The notes: generated by a model not told the origin, from the letters alone. DNA of 61,180 nucleotides, filler included, from Catajapyx aquilonaris (GCA_000934665.2; 2 parts of 2 records of this genome joined end to end with filler, not necessarily neighbours in it), one strand, 5' to 3'; positions 25,575 to 38,796 are shown, counted from the first letter of the whole stretch. Numbers and translations are program-made.

Positions 25575-28500
25575 GTAAGCACTGACCTTTTAGAACAAAC
25601 TTTGATGCTGCCTCTAGGTGTCTTGCAGGCTTTTGGGCTGCTCCTAGCTTCTTCCTATAAACAAAACAAAAGCCATAAAGCAAAAGGCCCTACCCGAGTG
25701 TTCCGGGATGGCGATTTCGGACGCGCCCGGATGACGTCACAGCGCGTGAGGAACCAATCGGATGAGGACACGACGTCAAACGGGCTCGTCCGAAACCGCG
25801 TTTCTTTAAAACAATTGCGGTTAAGGCTGTAAATCACACGCATTTTTAAAAAATTGAAATAAAATTCAGACGGTCGTTTCCGACCCTAGCGGTACATGAG
25901 AATGAATTTCAGTGGACGTTCTCTCTCCATAACTAATCAGAAGTCAAAGTACCACCGTCCGTATGATAATTGTTTTGAAGTATGAATATTCAAAAGTAAG
26001 CGGGCATAGAAACTATAGTTTTGTACAGTTGAAATATCCGCCAAAGCGGTCGCGCTTTTGACCAATTCAACGTCCTGGCTACTTTTTCAAAAAATTTCCT
26101 TCGCCGGGTGGAGTACAAAACTCTGGGGGGAACTATATTTTGCCGGACGTTTTGCGAGCACGAGTTTTCTTTTGGGGGGAAAACCCCGGAAAACGGACCG
26201 TATTTTAGGGGGGAAAGTCTGGATCTACGGAATCACCCGGAACACGCAAAAAATTATATATCCTCCTGACCTTTCCGATTGACCTATAACAGGCCAGAAC
26301 TTTCTAATTAATTAATCAACCGGATTATGTAGTTCTGCCCTGTTTATTCTTCCTTCAAAAAAATCCCCCCCTGGTGCAGAAAAGTAGTCGTAGGGGCCTC
26401 CTTATCAAATATCCATATCCTCCCATTAAAAATGCTAAGAGAAAGTAGTTGGCGCACATAGATCAGCCCCCCTGTAGAAAAGTCTTGCAGGAAAAAAAAT
26501 GCAGGGACTGTGCATGGCTGTAGTTACACACACAGTGAGCTAGGGAGTGAATGCATGATGGTATGAAAAGATGTGAGCTTGTGAGAGCGAGTGTGGTTTT
26601 CGGTCAAATATTACCACCCCTCTGTCCCAATCACCAACCACCAAACCCAAGCCTTAACATGTGAGGATGTGGGGACACAGTGAAGACTGATGCTGTTGAC
26701 AGTGAAGAGTTATCTGGGAGTCGAGGTAGAGGGGGTGGGGGTGAGGGTGTATTTAAACATTTGGCGGAGTCTGGGAGTATTGACGCAAGCATAACAAGGG
26801 TGGAGTGGGTGCAGGCCTCGGTGTTGTCAAAACACACAAAAGGAATTGGAAGGAGGGTGGTTTGGGGTTTTTTTGGTGGGGTGTTTTTCTTCTTCGCTCC
26901 GGAGATTGAAGCCAAAGTCTTCCAGCACCAATTTTTTTATATATACAGCATAGTCCTGGCAAAGGTTGGCAAAATTTTCTTCAGAAATTTTGGTGCCTTC
27001 ATTACTTTAGGGGGGATGAGCAGGCGCGATATTTATACAGAATCCCCTCACCGACCCTGTAATTAACTACTAGATAAGCTCGTTTGATGACTCTAGATTC
27101 TTTTTGGCACCCTTCTCCACCCACACACCACCTAGAAAAAAAAGGTGGCATCGGAAGAGAAATCCGCTTTCTGAGCACCTAAAAACCGTGCTTTTGGCGC
27201 CTGCCTTTTCCTTACTCTGCTTTTGCTCCCTCCGTCGTAATGGCTTATTGTTTCCTTGGCATAGCTTGGGTCTTGTTTCCACAGACTGAAAACCATCGAC
27301 ATTGTCTTGTTGTTCCCATTGTGAGGCGGGAAACCTCAAAAGGAGAGCGGAAATCAACGGAGTAAAAGGGCACGGGTGAAGAAGAAAAAAAATCGTTTAA
27401 CCAAGGGAACCGAGTAGTTGCATAAGAATCTGGATATGCCATTACGTGCCATAACAATGTCGAAGGGTGCTTTTCTTCCTTTAAAAAAGTAATCAGTAAG
27501 CACTAATGTAGTGCACCTCACTCCCCTTGATAGGACTTAAGGTTAGGGAAAAATAAAAAGGTTAGGGCATGACTCCACCATTCAACGTTGACCAATTTTG
27601 CTTGTGCATGGCTTGGTAGTAGTAAAGACAATAAAAAGAGGGGGAAAAAAACCGCTTTGCTTTTGCATGCAGGGGTAACAAACCACACCTCAGTATTTAT
27701 GGGCCCAGGCCGCGAGTTCCAGCACTTGAATCTACGGAAGTCCATTTTTATGATGGTTGATAATAACGACGCACTTCTGCGTGTCGCATACAACTCGAAA
27801 CGTGGGTGGAATACGGAGTCGTTACGTGTTGACATGTGTGGAAAAAGGGGTTTGCCATATAACATTTCAACCCTGTGGTCCACTTTACCATTCCACCATT
27901 AGCTATAAATTATTTTGAGTTTTTGGCTCATTTTCTATTTGCAATTTCTTTTTGGGTGGAAATCTTCGTCTTAATAAATTGGCAATTTTTAGCCAAATTG
28001 GCGGAATTTGTACTCAAATTGACGAAAAATCATATCAAAATAATTGTTGGATTCCCTGTTGCTCAAGTGTAGCAGGAGCAGGAAGAAAACTCAAAATAAC
28101 GTGCAAATATCGCGGTACTGAATAGGGAATAAATCCGTTCGTCTGAATGGTAAAATTATTTTTAATATTTTCGCCAGATTTTATGCAATTAGCCGAACTC
28201 AGTGAAGGCTCGGTTGTAGGAACTCAAATTACGAGAAATCTCTGATTCTGGACAGATATTCATAACGCGTAAATCCGAGGTTTTCTCCTAATGTTTGTTG
28301 CCAAGAAAAATATCGAAATTTATGCATAATATTTGAGATGAATGATTCGTGATTTTTCCTTAATATGCGTTGATGCAACCGGACCTTAGTACTTCAAACA
28401 CTGCTATAATTTATGGCTGAATAGTTGTCAAAAACTTGTACTCGCATAAACAGTCCCATAAAATGGGTCAATATTGTAACTATCACTGCCACGGTTATTG

Positions 28501-29702
28501 AGCCACGGATGTCAATCACAGATTTTACCGTCTATTACCCACACATAACACGACAATTTTTTTGGGTTGCAAACTCGAACCCGTGGCTCAAAAGCGTGGA
28601 GTGATAATTACTGTTGATTGCTTCGAACAAGTGCTGGAAATAATTATTTCGAGAGGCGGCAGAGGCGATATTGAGGTGGTGCCGTAGAGCTTGGGAATGT
28701 TGTCTTGAGCTTATAAAAGCCGACATCTAATGAGCCCATTTCTTCGGAGGGGCCTGGGAGCCTTGTACACTGCCCACTGGTCACTATCTAGGATAATTAA
28801 CATCTGCAAGCAGAAACACCCGACTGTGGAGACAGCTGAAGCAGGTTGAGGTCTTCTTTTCACGAGCTCTTTTTCACCTTACGAATTTTCCCGTTCTTTC
28901 TCTCATATTTGCTAACTACCCTGTTTTTCCACTCCCTCCGTTTTACTACTACTATTTCAATCTACTGAGTGTTTTTTCACGTTTTTATATATATCTACTA
29001 CATCTTTTTTACTCGAACTTTCTCGATGTTTTTTGAATCCAACCATACGGCCATGATGCTTGGGTGTGAACCATGATTATATTTTTCGTCGACTGTACCT
29101 TTTTTGTCTGTCCGCATCTATAGACTGTTGTGTGTTGTTCGGACTGTCTCTGTTCTCGTTGTCGGCATCGAAATACACAGGTACCATGGTCACCCTACAG
29201 CATATGGCAGGTGCTTTTTCCAAACAAAAAAAAAATGAAAACGTCGCTAGGTAGGTCTCAGAATATAATGGCAAACCCGGTTCCAGCAGGATATACTTTT
29301 TTAATTTAACTGCTTTCAGTTTTATATTTAACACCAATATTTTGTCTCACCAGCGGTTTGCCATTAGAAAGAGCAAAAAAAAAAGGAAATAAGCACTGTA
29401 AACTTTTTGCTTCAAATCAGTCCCCAGGTCGTATTTCGTTTGGAGATAAATCAGCAGTCTAAGGTTTGTGCAGGTGTATAATATGGCAGGTAAATTCATA
29501 TTTTACATTTTTTCGATCTCTTTTTGACATCTCGAAATGTAGATAGTTTTGTCGCCCAACAAAATGTTTGACATGAACGTTTTTATCACATTGCATTTTT
29601 ATGCAATGAAAACCAGAGGAGCCATAAACCAAGAAATAAGAAAAATGAAGATCTGAGAGTGCCAGATGTGGTCTAACGTTCGTTGTTTTGTTGCGTCCAT
29701 AG

Positions 29703-29775
29703 GGGTGTCCAAGCCAAGAGCCCTACTCTAACCCAGAGCCCACTCTACGGCGAAGCGTTGAATGCCAGCCTCCAG
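29703..29775 (+). CDS. FoxP: FoxP common exon downstream of the forkhead domain
   Basis: gcgtccatAG|G GGT...CAG|GTAGGT; phase 2-0, in frame with both A and B; GVQAKSPTLTQSPLYGEALNASLQ (FoxP 'SPTL...YG.ALNASLQ' motif). Following exon(s) not found. Confidence 0.93.
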
Positions 29776-30505
29776 GTAGGTTGGTTTGTAAGTGTCGAAA
29801 CAATCATTTCCTCTTTCTATGTATAGTGTCTAGTTGTTGCATCCCCAAAAGACGGCTCGAATGTTGCGGAGACACTAGTTTAAATACATGTGTGGGAATA
29901 CCCGCGATTTCTTGGAGTTTAAATATGGCGCAGAGCTCGGGCCGTCGACCACAGCATGAATTGGAACAAGATTCTAGTGCACGCAATGATTCTTTTCTGT
30001 CAGAATACTATGGTTGAAAGACTGTTGTTTGAAAGACAACTGCTTGTAACCAGCTGGCTAGAAATCGCTAGAACGGACAAGTACGATGCGAAACGAAACA
30101 GTCTTTACTTGTATACTTCTTGGCTGCCGAAACACACAAAATAATTAACTCTTGTCATACATCTCACCTTAAACGCTAGGTTATTGTTGGAAACAATGCA
30201 CAGAACAATTCTGGGTAAACCTGGATGCAACCGAACTCATTACGCGTAATACATCGCCAGTAATTGAAATCTTACATCTTAATATTTCGCATGATGTTAG
30301 CCCTGAAGTGTCATGGCTGCCACATATCCGTTCTCTTGATTTGTAGTGCGTGTTAACTTATCCGAATTAGTAGTTTTGGATCACAGTGACCACGTTGCGT
30401 TTCTATAGCAGTTGCCGGTCAACAACCAACAGGCCCTCGACTAACTTACATAGATCATGTTCCTTTCATTCTGACACTCGTACTCTTAAGAGTTACTAAC
30501 ACATG

Positions 30506-30605
30506 NNNNNNNNNNNNNNNNNNNNNNNNNNNNNNNNNNNNNNNNNNNNTTAATTAATTAANNNNNNNNNNNNNNNNNNNNNNNNNNNNNNNNNNNNNNN
30601 NNNNN
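30506..30605. other. Assembly gap: 44 N + TTAATTAATTAA + 44 N
   Basis: Exactly 100 nt; the centred 12-mer places stop codons in all six frames, typical of an artificial contig linker. Confidence 0.95.
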
Positions 30606-30725
30606 TATTTACCCATTAATTAACCTACGCCATTTACACCTATCCAAACAAACAACCCTAGCCTCAGCCACGTCCATGGTCCTATTGACACAAGAACGTC
30701 TCTAGTTCTAGTTCTAGTTTCCGAT

Positions 30726-32105
30726 ATGGGGGGGAAAAATGCAAGACTCTGGCGAGAACTCAAGATATCACCCTCAAGCAGTCATTTCATGCACCCTGAT
30801 ATTCCCAGTGCAAGAGTGCATGTTTTTGCTGACATACCTCACCTATTAAAACTCCTGCGTAATCATTTCCTAGACAGTGGTTTTGCCCTTGGATGTGGCA
30901 GTGTCATTACCAAGGATATTTTGGATGATATATTAGATGATCAAGATGAATTTGACTTATGTCCCAAGTTATCGCTGCACCATATTACTGTTGAAGGCAG
31001 GGGGAGGCAAAATGTCGCATTGGAAGCTCAGCTGTTTTCGCACACAGTGTCCAAGGCAATTTTGCATGTTACAGAAGACGAAAAATCGTCCGAGGTGTTT
31101 GAATTAGTCAACGACTTTTTTGACGTTATGAATTCTAGGGTACCGAGACACCGAAGCAACTGGAAGAAAAGTGCTTATGGAGTGACACTAAACCAGCAGG
31201 ATGAGATTCTCTCAAGAATGGAAGATTTTTGCAAAACTATGCGAGTTGGTGATAGAAAAAGCAGACGTCTGCCTTTCCAGAGAGGGCTACTAGTAATAAG
31301 TATTTCATCCATCAGGGGTTTGTACGAAGATGTTAACAACAAAGGAATGTCTTATGTCATGACAAGTCGCTGTAATCAAGACTGCTTAGAAAATCTCTTT
31401 AGCCAGGTGCGCGGGCTGGGGAATTTTAATGACAATCCCTTGCCAACTGATTTTAAATATCGGATGAAACAACTCCTCCTATGTCCTACATTGCCAGGAA
31501 TATCGAAGAATGCGAGTGTGAACGAACGTGATCAGACAGTAAATTATGAGACATCAAAAATACTTAGCCCTTCATTTGGAAAACAAGAACTGAGACATTT
31601 GACGCTGGAGAGGTGTGGCAGCCCAAAGGAGAAAATCCTTCTACCCAGAAAGGCACAGATGACATGTAGTGGAAAAACACAACAGGGAAGTGATGGACTA
31701 AAATATGTGGCCGGGTACCTCGCTCGTCGCTTGCGCACCAGTTTCGCGACGTTGGGGATAAAAGCAGACGGTGATGGCAGTGGGTGGATGGGCAGGATTT
31801 CGCGAGGTAACCTGACGAAACCAAGCTTTTCTTGGTTAGACATGGTTTACATGTTTGAGGGAGCATTCACCGCGTTACATGGGACAAGCCTACGTTCAGA
31901 CAAATATGTCGTCAGAACACTTATACATCAATTGCAATCGCGATTTCCTGCAGTACCAGCCAAAGTTATCCAGGTCTACTCCCGCATCAGAACTTTTATT
32001 AGGATTAAAGCTATCAATAAGCGATTGGCCAATTTAAGAGCTGCAAAATCACGGGCACAAGTCAGGCGAACCCGTCAGCTTGCCATGTCCAGCTTGTCTT
32101 TTTAG
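30726..32105 (+). mobile_element. P-element superfamily (THAP9/Galileo-like) transposase, 5'-truncated
   Basis: 459-aa ORF preceded in frame by VSD (vSDMGxxN); motifs FADIPHLLKLLRNHFLD, RQNVALEAQLFS, FFDVMNSR, SRCNQDCLENLFSQVRGLG..DNP, LKYVAGYLARR; no N-terminal THAP domain visible. Confidence 0.9.
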
Positions 32106-32596
32106 TAGTATGAAAGTAGAAAGTGACCTCTGCCCCCTTGTGCCCTTTTGTAAATGACACTTTTAGAATATGCTACCTGCATTTGTAATATTGCAAATTG
32201 TATTCACATGGAATGGAAAAGTCCAAGTGATTAGCGGAAAATGTGAATAAAAGTTAGCTGCCTATTGCTTTCGATGGGAGCTCCATTAATTATGGCCATT
32301 TGGTGATGAGTATAGTCTTGGAGAAAAAAACATCACAAATGATATAAAATGACCTCCTGTTTATTGTAAATTTACCTATCCCCCCATGCAATTTATGTTA
32401 AAAAGGAGAAGAAAACAGGACGTCAGTCCCCCTCCCAACTAATTTTAAGGGCTTGTTTTATATTATTTTTAAAACTGAAAATAGTTAAGGAAAAGCGACA
32501 ACAACGGTATGCAAAACGTCATTTTTGCACTACTCGTGACCTTGAACCTTGAACTGTAGGTGGCAACAACAAAACAATTTCTCACACTGGTCTTGC

Positions 32597-32734
32597 ATCC
32601 ACAATATCAGACGCCAAGTTTCATAACAATCAAAAAATAGAGGATGTTCATTTCAATTTCTTTGGAATGATTTGTCCTGGAATTATCCGGGCTTGTTCTA
32701 TTTTTTATGAAACTTGGCGTCTGATATTGTGGAT
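32597..32734. mobile_element. Small palindromic MITE-like element
   Basis: atccacaatatcagacgccaagtttcataa (32597-32626) is the exact inverse of 32705-32734. Confidence 0.7.
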
Positions 32735-33207
32735 CACTCATAGAAATAATTCTCCTATACCAGGGTGTATCTGAACTCAGTGCCCCGACGCCGCGCCGCC
32801 TTCCTAGCCACCAGAGGATCGATTTAAGTATAGGAGTCATATGTCTGGGCAGCCTCATTACTGAGATACACTCTTTAGCGATTTTTGCCTAATCGCTCCT
32901 TCTTACTTTTAAATAGAATTTTCTGGTGTAACTAGCCAGAGAGGCCTTACCACCTGTGGGCAACAAACCAACAAAGTCCGGCCCCCAGACCTTCCAGAGA
33001 CTTCTGACTGGGGGAGGGTTCGATGGGTGGCCTAACCGACAGGATATTTTGTACTACATGTTTGCGGGCATTTATCTCAGTAATGCGGCGGCCAGACATA
33101 ATGACTCGTATACTTAAATCGATCCTCTGGTGGCTAGGAAGGCAGTCATATACGTCGGGGCACTGAGTTCAGATACACCCTGTATAGGAGAATTATTTCT
33201 ATGAGTG
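32735..33207. mobile_element. MITE with about 135-bp terminal inverted repeats
   Basis: cactcatagaaataattctcctatac...actgagata mirrored by tatctcagt...gtataggagaattatttctatgagtg; no TSD resolved. Confidence 0.75.
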
Positions 33208-33536
33208 AGAGATGATTTACAAAATCCCCGCCCCTGTAAGTGAGTACTAATTCATGTGACAAGGCGAGGAATGAATCTGCGGCCATTACTCACTCATCCC
33301 TAAAATCCGTGAAACTGGGATATGCCAAAGTGACCCTTATTATACTACTTATGCCTATTATTAATAGCAAAAAAATAATCCCGGAGTGAAAAGGGTGACA
33401 AAAAATTCACGAAAGGATTCTAAGTGACAATACTGAAGCAGGAGGTAATTCAAAGAGCCTGACCACTCGCAATATCAATTTCCAGGAATTTAGCAATATT
33501 TAGAAGCAAATCACTAGGAAATCTTATGCAGTGGTA

Positions 33537-33862
33537 AAAGGACACCGCACATAATGTATGGGCGAGTGGCCTTCCGTTTGATTTGCCTGAAAATGGGATA
33601 TGTTGTAGCCCAGACCGTCCTGATCAATGTTGGATAGGGACATTTCGAGGTAGGACGTACAGGGAGCGTGCTAATATAATATGGGGTGTAGTTACTATAT
33701 TCCCCATATTACCTTCGGAGGTCATTAGCATGCTCCATGTAGGTCCTACCTCGAAATCTTCCTGTCTAACATTGATCATGACAGTCTGGGCTACAACATA
33801 TCCCATTTTCAGGCAAATCGAACGGAAGGCCACTGGCCCATACATTTGGTGCATTGTCCTTT
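33537..33862. repeat. About 325-bp imperfect palindrome (MITE or foldback)
   Basis: aaaggaca...atgtatggg.cagtggccttccgtt.gatttgcctgaaaatgggatatgttgtagcccagac mirrored at 33758-33862; the loop holds a further small hairpin. Confidence 0.8.
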
Positions 33863-34234
33863 CATTTGCCCGGGCCGTAAATAAAAACATGCACACTCAC
33901 CCCCAGTTCATGGCGTAGTCGATCAGCAACTTGCCTTCTGTTTTCGTGTACCACACTGTATAGCCATTTCTTCAGGACGTTCACTGCGATGGAAGCATCA
34001 GTCCACGTAGCGCTTGAAAAAGGCTCGGTGTGCAACTCTTCATTTTCGACGTACACGCACTTGCAACTGATAACTGCTCCGCAAATTATTTCAATTTGCT
34101 TCTCTCTCTCAGGACTCAGAGAGTCCCACACAGAGCTCTGCCTTACCATCTTCTACTCCAGGACTCTTCAACTGGCGGACTGCGACTCAATTTTGTCCAA
34201 ACCCTCACGATATACAGTACATTTCAGAAACTGC

Positions 34235-34490
34235 GAAAATGTTTCCATATGTCCTACCTATAGATAGGGCCATTCTGCCCTTGCTGGACATGACTGTTAT
34301 CATTTCCAAGAACTGAACCCCGTCCTGCCTAGGAAGGTGGCAAATGTTTCCAGATGTCCTGCCTATAGGTAGGGTACTTCTACCCTTGCTGGACAAGACT
34401 GTTATCGCTGTTATCATTTCCAAGAACTGAAGACCTTCCCAGAGAAGTGGAAAATGTTTCTACGATATGCCCTTCTACCTTTCCTGGACA
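34235..34490. repeat. Degenerate tandem repeat, about 3 units of 95-110 bp
   Basis: Recurrent aaatgtttcca.atgtcct.cctatag.taggg...cccttgctggaca..actgttatcatttccaagaactgaa. Confidence 0.75.
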
Positions 34491-35519
34491 ATGGACAATA
34501 AGGAGGAGCGGAAAAAAAGTTGTCCAATTAAATCGGAGGGGGTTTCGAAAGCTGTGTATTGATTATAGTACGATAACACTGGTGATTTAAAAAAATAATT
34601 TCCTACTTCATCTTTATTCCCAGAAGAGCCTTCAAGTCTCGCAATTTTTGCGAGAATAACACAGCCTATTATATCGATGATTCAGGTACTGTATATTATG
34701 ATAACCAGTCGTCGTGTACCTCAGGTATGTTTCTGGTACAGCACAGACACAGAGGATCAAGAGAGCTCTCTGGGATTCTCTGACTTATAAAATAATCGAC
34801 TCGTTAATATTTGTCGCGATTGGATGTGACTCTTCCATTGGAAAATACAGGATATGTTTGAGGCGTTATTAATTTTGTCTACTCGAGAAGGAGCTTGTAA
34901 GATCCATGCAATGGATGATGATTATTATGTCAACAACATTCTAACGAACAGCTGCTGAGACATACTGTATAATATGCTCCATCATCTGGATGAAGCAACA
35001 ACACGTCCTCAGGGATTCTCGGTACCTACAGTATAATAGGCAAGAGTTTTATCAAGTGTGTGGATACCCCTAGTGTTAATATAGTTTGAACCAATTGAAG
35101 GAAATTTCCCTGCCTCGGAATAAAGGCCGTGGAAATCGGAGTACAGATCAATAAATAATATCAATGGGATAGAAGCAAAGCTGTTTCTATACGTGTGAAT
35201 ACTCACCTAATCTGGCGACACGAAGTCCTGGATAATTATCCTAAGGATGATGGCTCACTATCGCCAACCAAGTGATTCGAATCTACATCGGCACTTTCGA
35301 CCCATTTGCAAACTCGAAGGAACTTGCTATTTCCACCATAACAAGTATGCTACTGTGTTTCGAAGTGATTTTAAATCCAACCATCAAAGATTCTAGTTGG
35401 ATGATAGTTCAGGGGAGCATCCTTGATGGTTCCAGCGATAATGACGTACGTAGGAGACACATTGATTTCCTACTGCTCTGCCGAATCGAGTGAAAAATTC
35501 CGGGTTCAAAATATTTACC

Positions 35520-36800
35520 GAAGCTTGAAAGCGGACAATTATGAAACTATATGCGAGTCCAATGAACGAGACTTATCGAGCTGGTAGTCCCAAGGCAACT
35601 ACATCCAGGTTCATAAATTTCAGACGGCTACGTCAAATGGGGTGTGGATGGAAAGCTTTGAAACCGAATATCTCTGAAACTATGAGGGTCCAACGAACGG
35701 GATAAAAAGGTCCCAATAGTCCAAGAGGAGTAGTATACAGTCCGTTAATTTGACATCGATCCGCCATATGTGGTTTCTGCCACCATTTTGAAACCTGATA
35801 TTCCTGAAACTACGCGAGTCCAATGAACTACACTTTATCAGCCCGATACTACTCGGGAAGTACTATCAGGTCCGTTAATTTCAGAGTCCTGGGGCAAATG
35901 GTGCGCGTACAATCGCAACTGAAATTTTTGTTGGGAAACCTTGGAAACCAAATATATCTGAAACTAGAAGGGTCCAATGAACGGGATAAAAAGGTCCTAA
36001 TGGTCCAAGAGGAGTAGTCTACAGTCAATTAATTTGACATCGATCCGCCGTATGTGGTTTCAGCCACCCTTTTGAAACCGAATATTTCTGAAACTATTCG
36101 AGTCCAATGAACGACATTTATGGGCCTGATACTACTCAAGAAGTACTATCAGGTCGCTAAATTTCAGATGGCTAGGTCAGATGGGGCTATTACAATCGCA
36201 ATTGAAATGTTTTGGCGGGAAAACTTTGAACATTTATATCTCTGAAACTAGAGGAGTCCAATGAGCGGGGTCAAAAGTACAAATAGTCCTCTGAGAGGTG
36301 TGCATAATACATCAATTTCATTCCGATCCGTCGTGGGTGGTGAGCCAACTTCACACTTTCGGCCACTATTTTGAAACCGAATATTTCTGAAACTATGCGA
36401 GTCCAATGAACGAAACGTACGGACCTGGTAGTCCCCGGGACGTCTTACGTACTCCATTAATTTCAGACGCCCACGTCGAATGGTGTGAGCACAATCGCAG
36501 TTGAAATGTTTTGGCGGGAAAACTTTGAACATTTATATCTCTGAAACTAGAGGAGTCCAATGAGCGGGGTAAAATTGCCCAATGAGTCCATTGAGAGTAC
36601 TATGAATTCCATTAATTTCAGCCGGATCGGAGATAGGTGGTGAGATGCGTGAAGTTGGCTCACCACTTTTTGAAACTAAATATCTCTGAAACTAAGAGGG
36701 TCCAATGAACGGGGTAAAAATTCCCAAAGAGTCCATTGAGAGTACTACATAGTCCATTGATTTCAATTCGATCCGAGATAGTTGGTGAGCCAACTTCACA
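35520..36800. repeat. Minisatellite array, about 9 monomers of 130-155 bp in about 285-300 bp dimers
   Basis: Anchor gaaacta...gagtccaatgaacg near 35543, 35677, 35806, 35960, 36090, 36244, 36390, 36543, 36688. Confidence 0.85.
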
Positions 36801-37904
36801 CACGTGGCAATGCACATTAGCCAAACGGATATCACAGAGCGCACGCTTAGATACTCTGGGAATAATACTGTGTTGTTGGGAATGATACTGTCACAAACTA
36901 ACATGTCTAAGGAAACCATGGTCCACATGCTGTCGGTTTTAGTCACTCAGATTCCAACTGCGTCAAGATGTAAGAACCGCACCCCATGTCCGCTTTTTCG
37001 TGGAATTGCCCTTCAACAATGCCGTGTTCCAATATGTAGCAAAAGAATATATTTAAAAAGAAGAAGCACTAATTCAAGAGCTAATGGAAGCAGCCATACC
37101 TGTCAGTGGTACTCAAGTAACATGCATTTTAACCAGGGCCAGGCAGTTGCAATAGTGACTGTCGGTATGTACTCCACTGAAGAGACAGGGAAAATTGTGA
37201 GAGTAGGTTGGCTTAAAAGTGAATAAATAAAGGCACCATTAATCAGTGGAATCGTCACTTCCAGAACACAGGAGCCTATACAAGTAATTTTAACATTTTC
37301 CCACATCACATCATATCATTCCATAATCATAGGGGGTCTGAGGTCGAGCCCGATTTCTTCATTATCGGCTGGTAAGAAGACGTTTTATTTATTTTCTCGA
37401 CAGTCTCTGGTTGGCCCAGCATGATTTTTGGCAGTCGCCTAGAACATGACCTGGCCTTTCATATAACATATCAATTGTCAAAATCTAAGATACCTCAATT
37501 CCTTAAAAATGAGGTCAAAGGTCACATTACAAAATTCCATGGCACGAGCAGAAATTGCGCAATATTTTTATTTAAGTGGCTTTTTATGATTCATCTAACT
37601 GTGATCTACCCGTAGATATGCTCACTGTCCGAATACGACCAATAGAAAAAAGTTATTCAAGAAAATGTCCGAAAAACCGCGCCGCGTGCTGCCCGTGGTA
37701 ACAATTTCCGTGACCTCCCACGCCGAACAGGTCCAACCAATTAACGCGAAATTTGGCACGATACTATAACTCTATGAACCCTACAACTCTGCCAAATTTT
37801 GCAAAAATGGGAGGAGGGGAGGATTCGTGAGTGATCGCCTTCACGTGGATTTACCCAACTGCCAAATCAATGAGTCACTCCTATAAAAAAGTATTATTTT
37901 CATA

Positions 37905-37932
37905 ACCCGAGCAACGCCGGGTATCCTGCTAG
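37905..37932 (+). mobile_element. Helitron-like 3' terminus (hairpin then CTAG|T); 5' end not located
   Basis: acccgagcaacgccgggt hairpin, then atcctg, CTAG, T. Confidence 0.6.
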
Positions 37933-38030
37933 TACAAGTACAATATTTGGAGTGAGTGGAGGAGTGAATAACCGTCTGCCTTTGGCTTTGAACTCAGTAC
38001 TTGTTTTCCTTTATTGGATTACAGGTGCTG

Positions 38031-38306
38031 TATAATAATAATAAATAAATAATAATGGATACCCGTGATGGGCCTCCTTGGCCTCTTAGGGGATCATCTT
38101 TTAAATACCCGACTTCAATCATTGCCTGCGCTGTGATGGATTTTGATTGTGGGAGGAAACAGGAGAACCCCGAGAAAACCCACGCGAACACGGAGAGAAC
38201 CCATCGAAACTCTAGCCACATAAGTATCCTCCTCCGACCCGGGAATCGAACTCGGGACCTTATAGGTGGAAGCCTGCGGCGCTAACCACTCGGCCACCAT
38301 GTCGCC
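38031..38306 (-). mobile_element. tRNA-derived SINE
   Basis: - strand A box TGGCCGAGTGG and B box GTTCGATTCC; body related to fragments near 47740-47890 and 59210-59330; AT-rich simple-repeat tail. Confidence 0.8.
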
Positions 38307-38520
38307 CTCAGGTGATGTATTATGTTAATATCTTATTATAATCAACAATAATTTAGAATCGATTACTATAGAATGATAAAATTTTCCCTCGGGGAGACGG
38401 CAGAGGGTTCTACGTTCTAGGGATCTAGGTGATGACTGTAAGGTCTCCGAGATAAAATAAGCACTAAAATAAAGAGTGCATTGTCGCGGATACAGCCTAC
38501 CGCACTTCCATCGCCTAGGC

Positions 38521-38755
38521 CAGGGGTTCCCAACCTTTTTGCACCCGCGACCCCTCAAATCACCTAAAATTTCTCCACGGCCCCCCTTGCAAAAGTAACG
38601 TACATAAATCTTTAATGAAGCAACCAAACAATGCAAGAAATTTCCCCACAATATTAATACAAAGCACCAAATATGGTACAATGCCTCTCACAGCCCCCCT
38701 GGACCTGCTCCACGGCCCCCTTGGGGGGCCACGACTCCCAGGTCGGGAACCCCTG
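38521..38755. mobile_element. hAT (Charlie-like) MITE
   Basis: TIRs caggggttcccaacct / aggtcgggaacccctg; 8-bp TSD gcctaggc / gcataggc (7/8 match). Confidence 0.85.
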
Positions 38756-38796
38756 GCATAGGCCATTGCCTTCTATACATACTGGGACCCTATATC

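Noticed and set aside
27285..27365. Strong pyrimidine tract and acceptor in a FoxP intron (TENHRHCLVVPIVRRETSKG...)
   Set aside because: Stops appear quickly in the relevant frames and the forkhead similarity is too weak; at most a poison or terminal exon.
35520..36800. Regularly spaced repeats resembling a CRISPR array (also 59.6-61.2 kb)
   Set aside because: Whole units are homologous with no unique spacers, there are no cas genes, and the context is eukaryotic.
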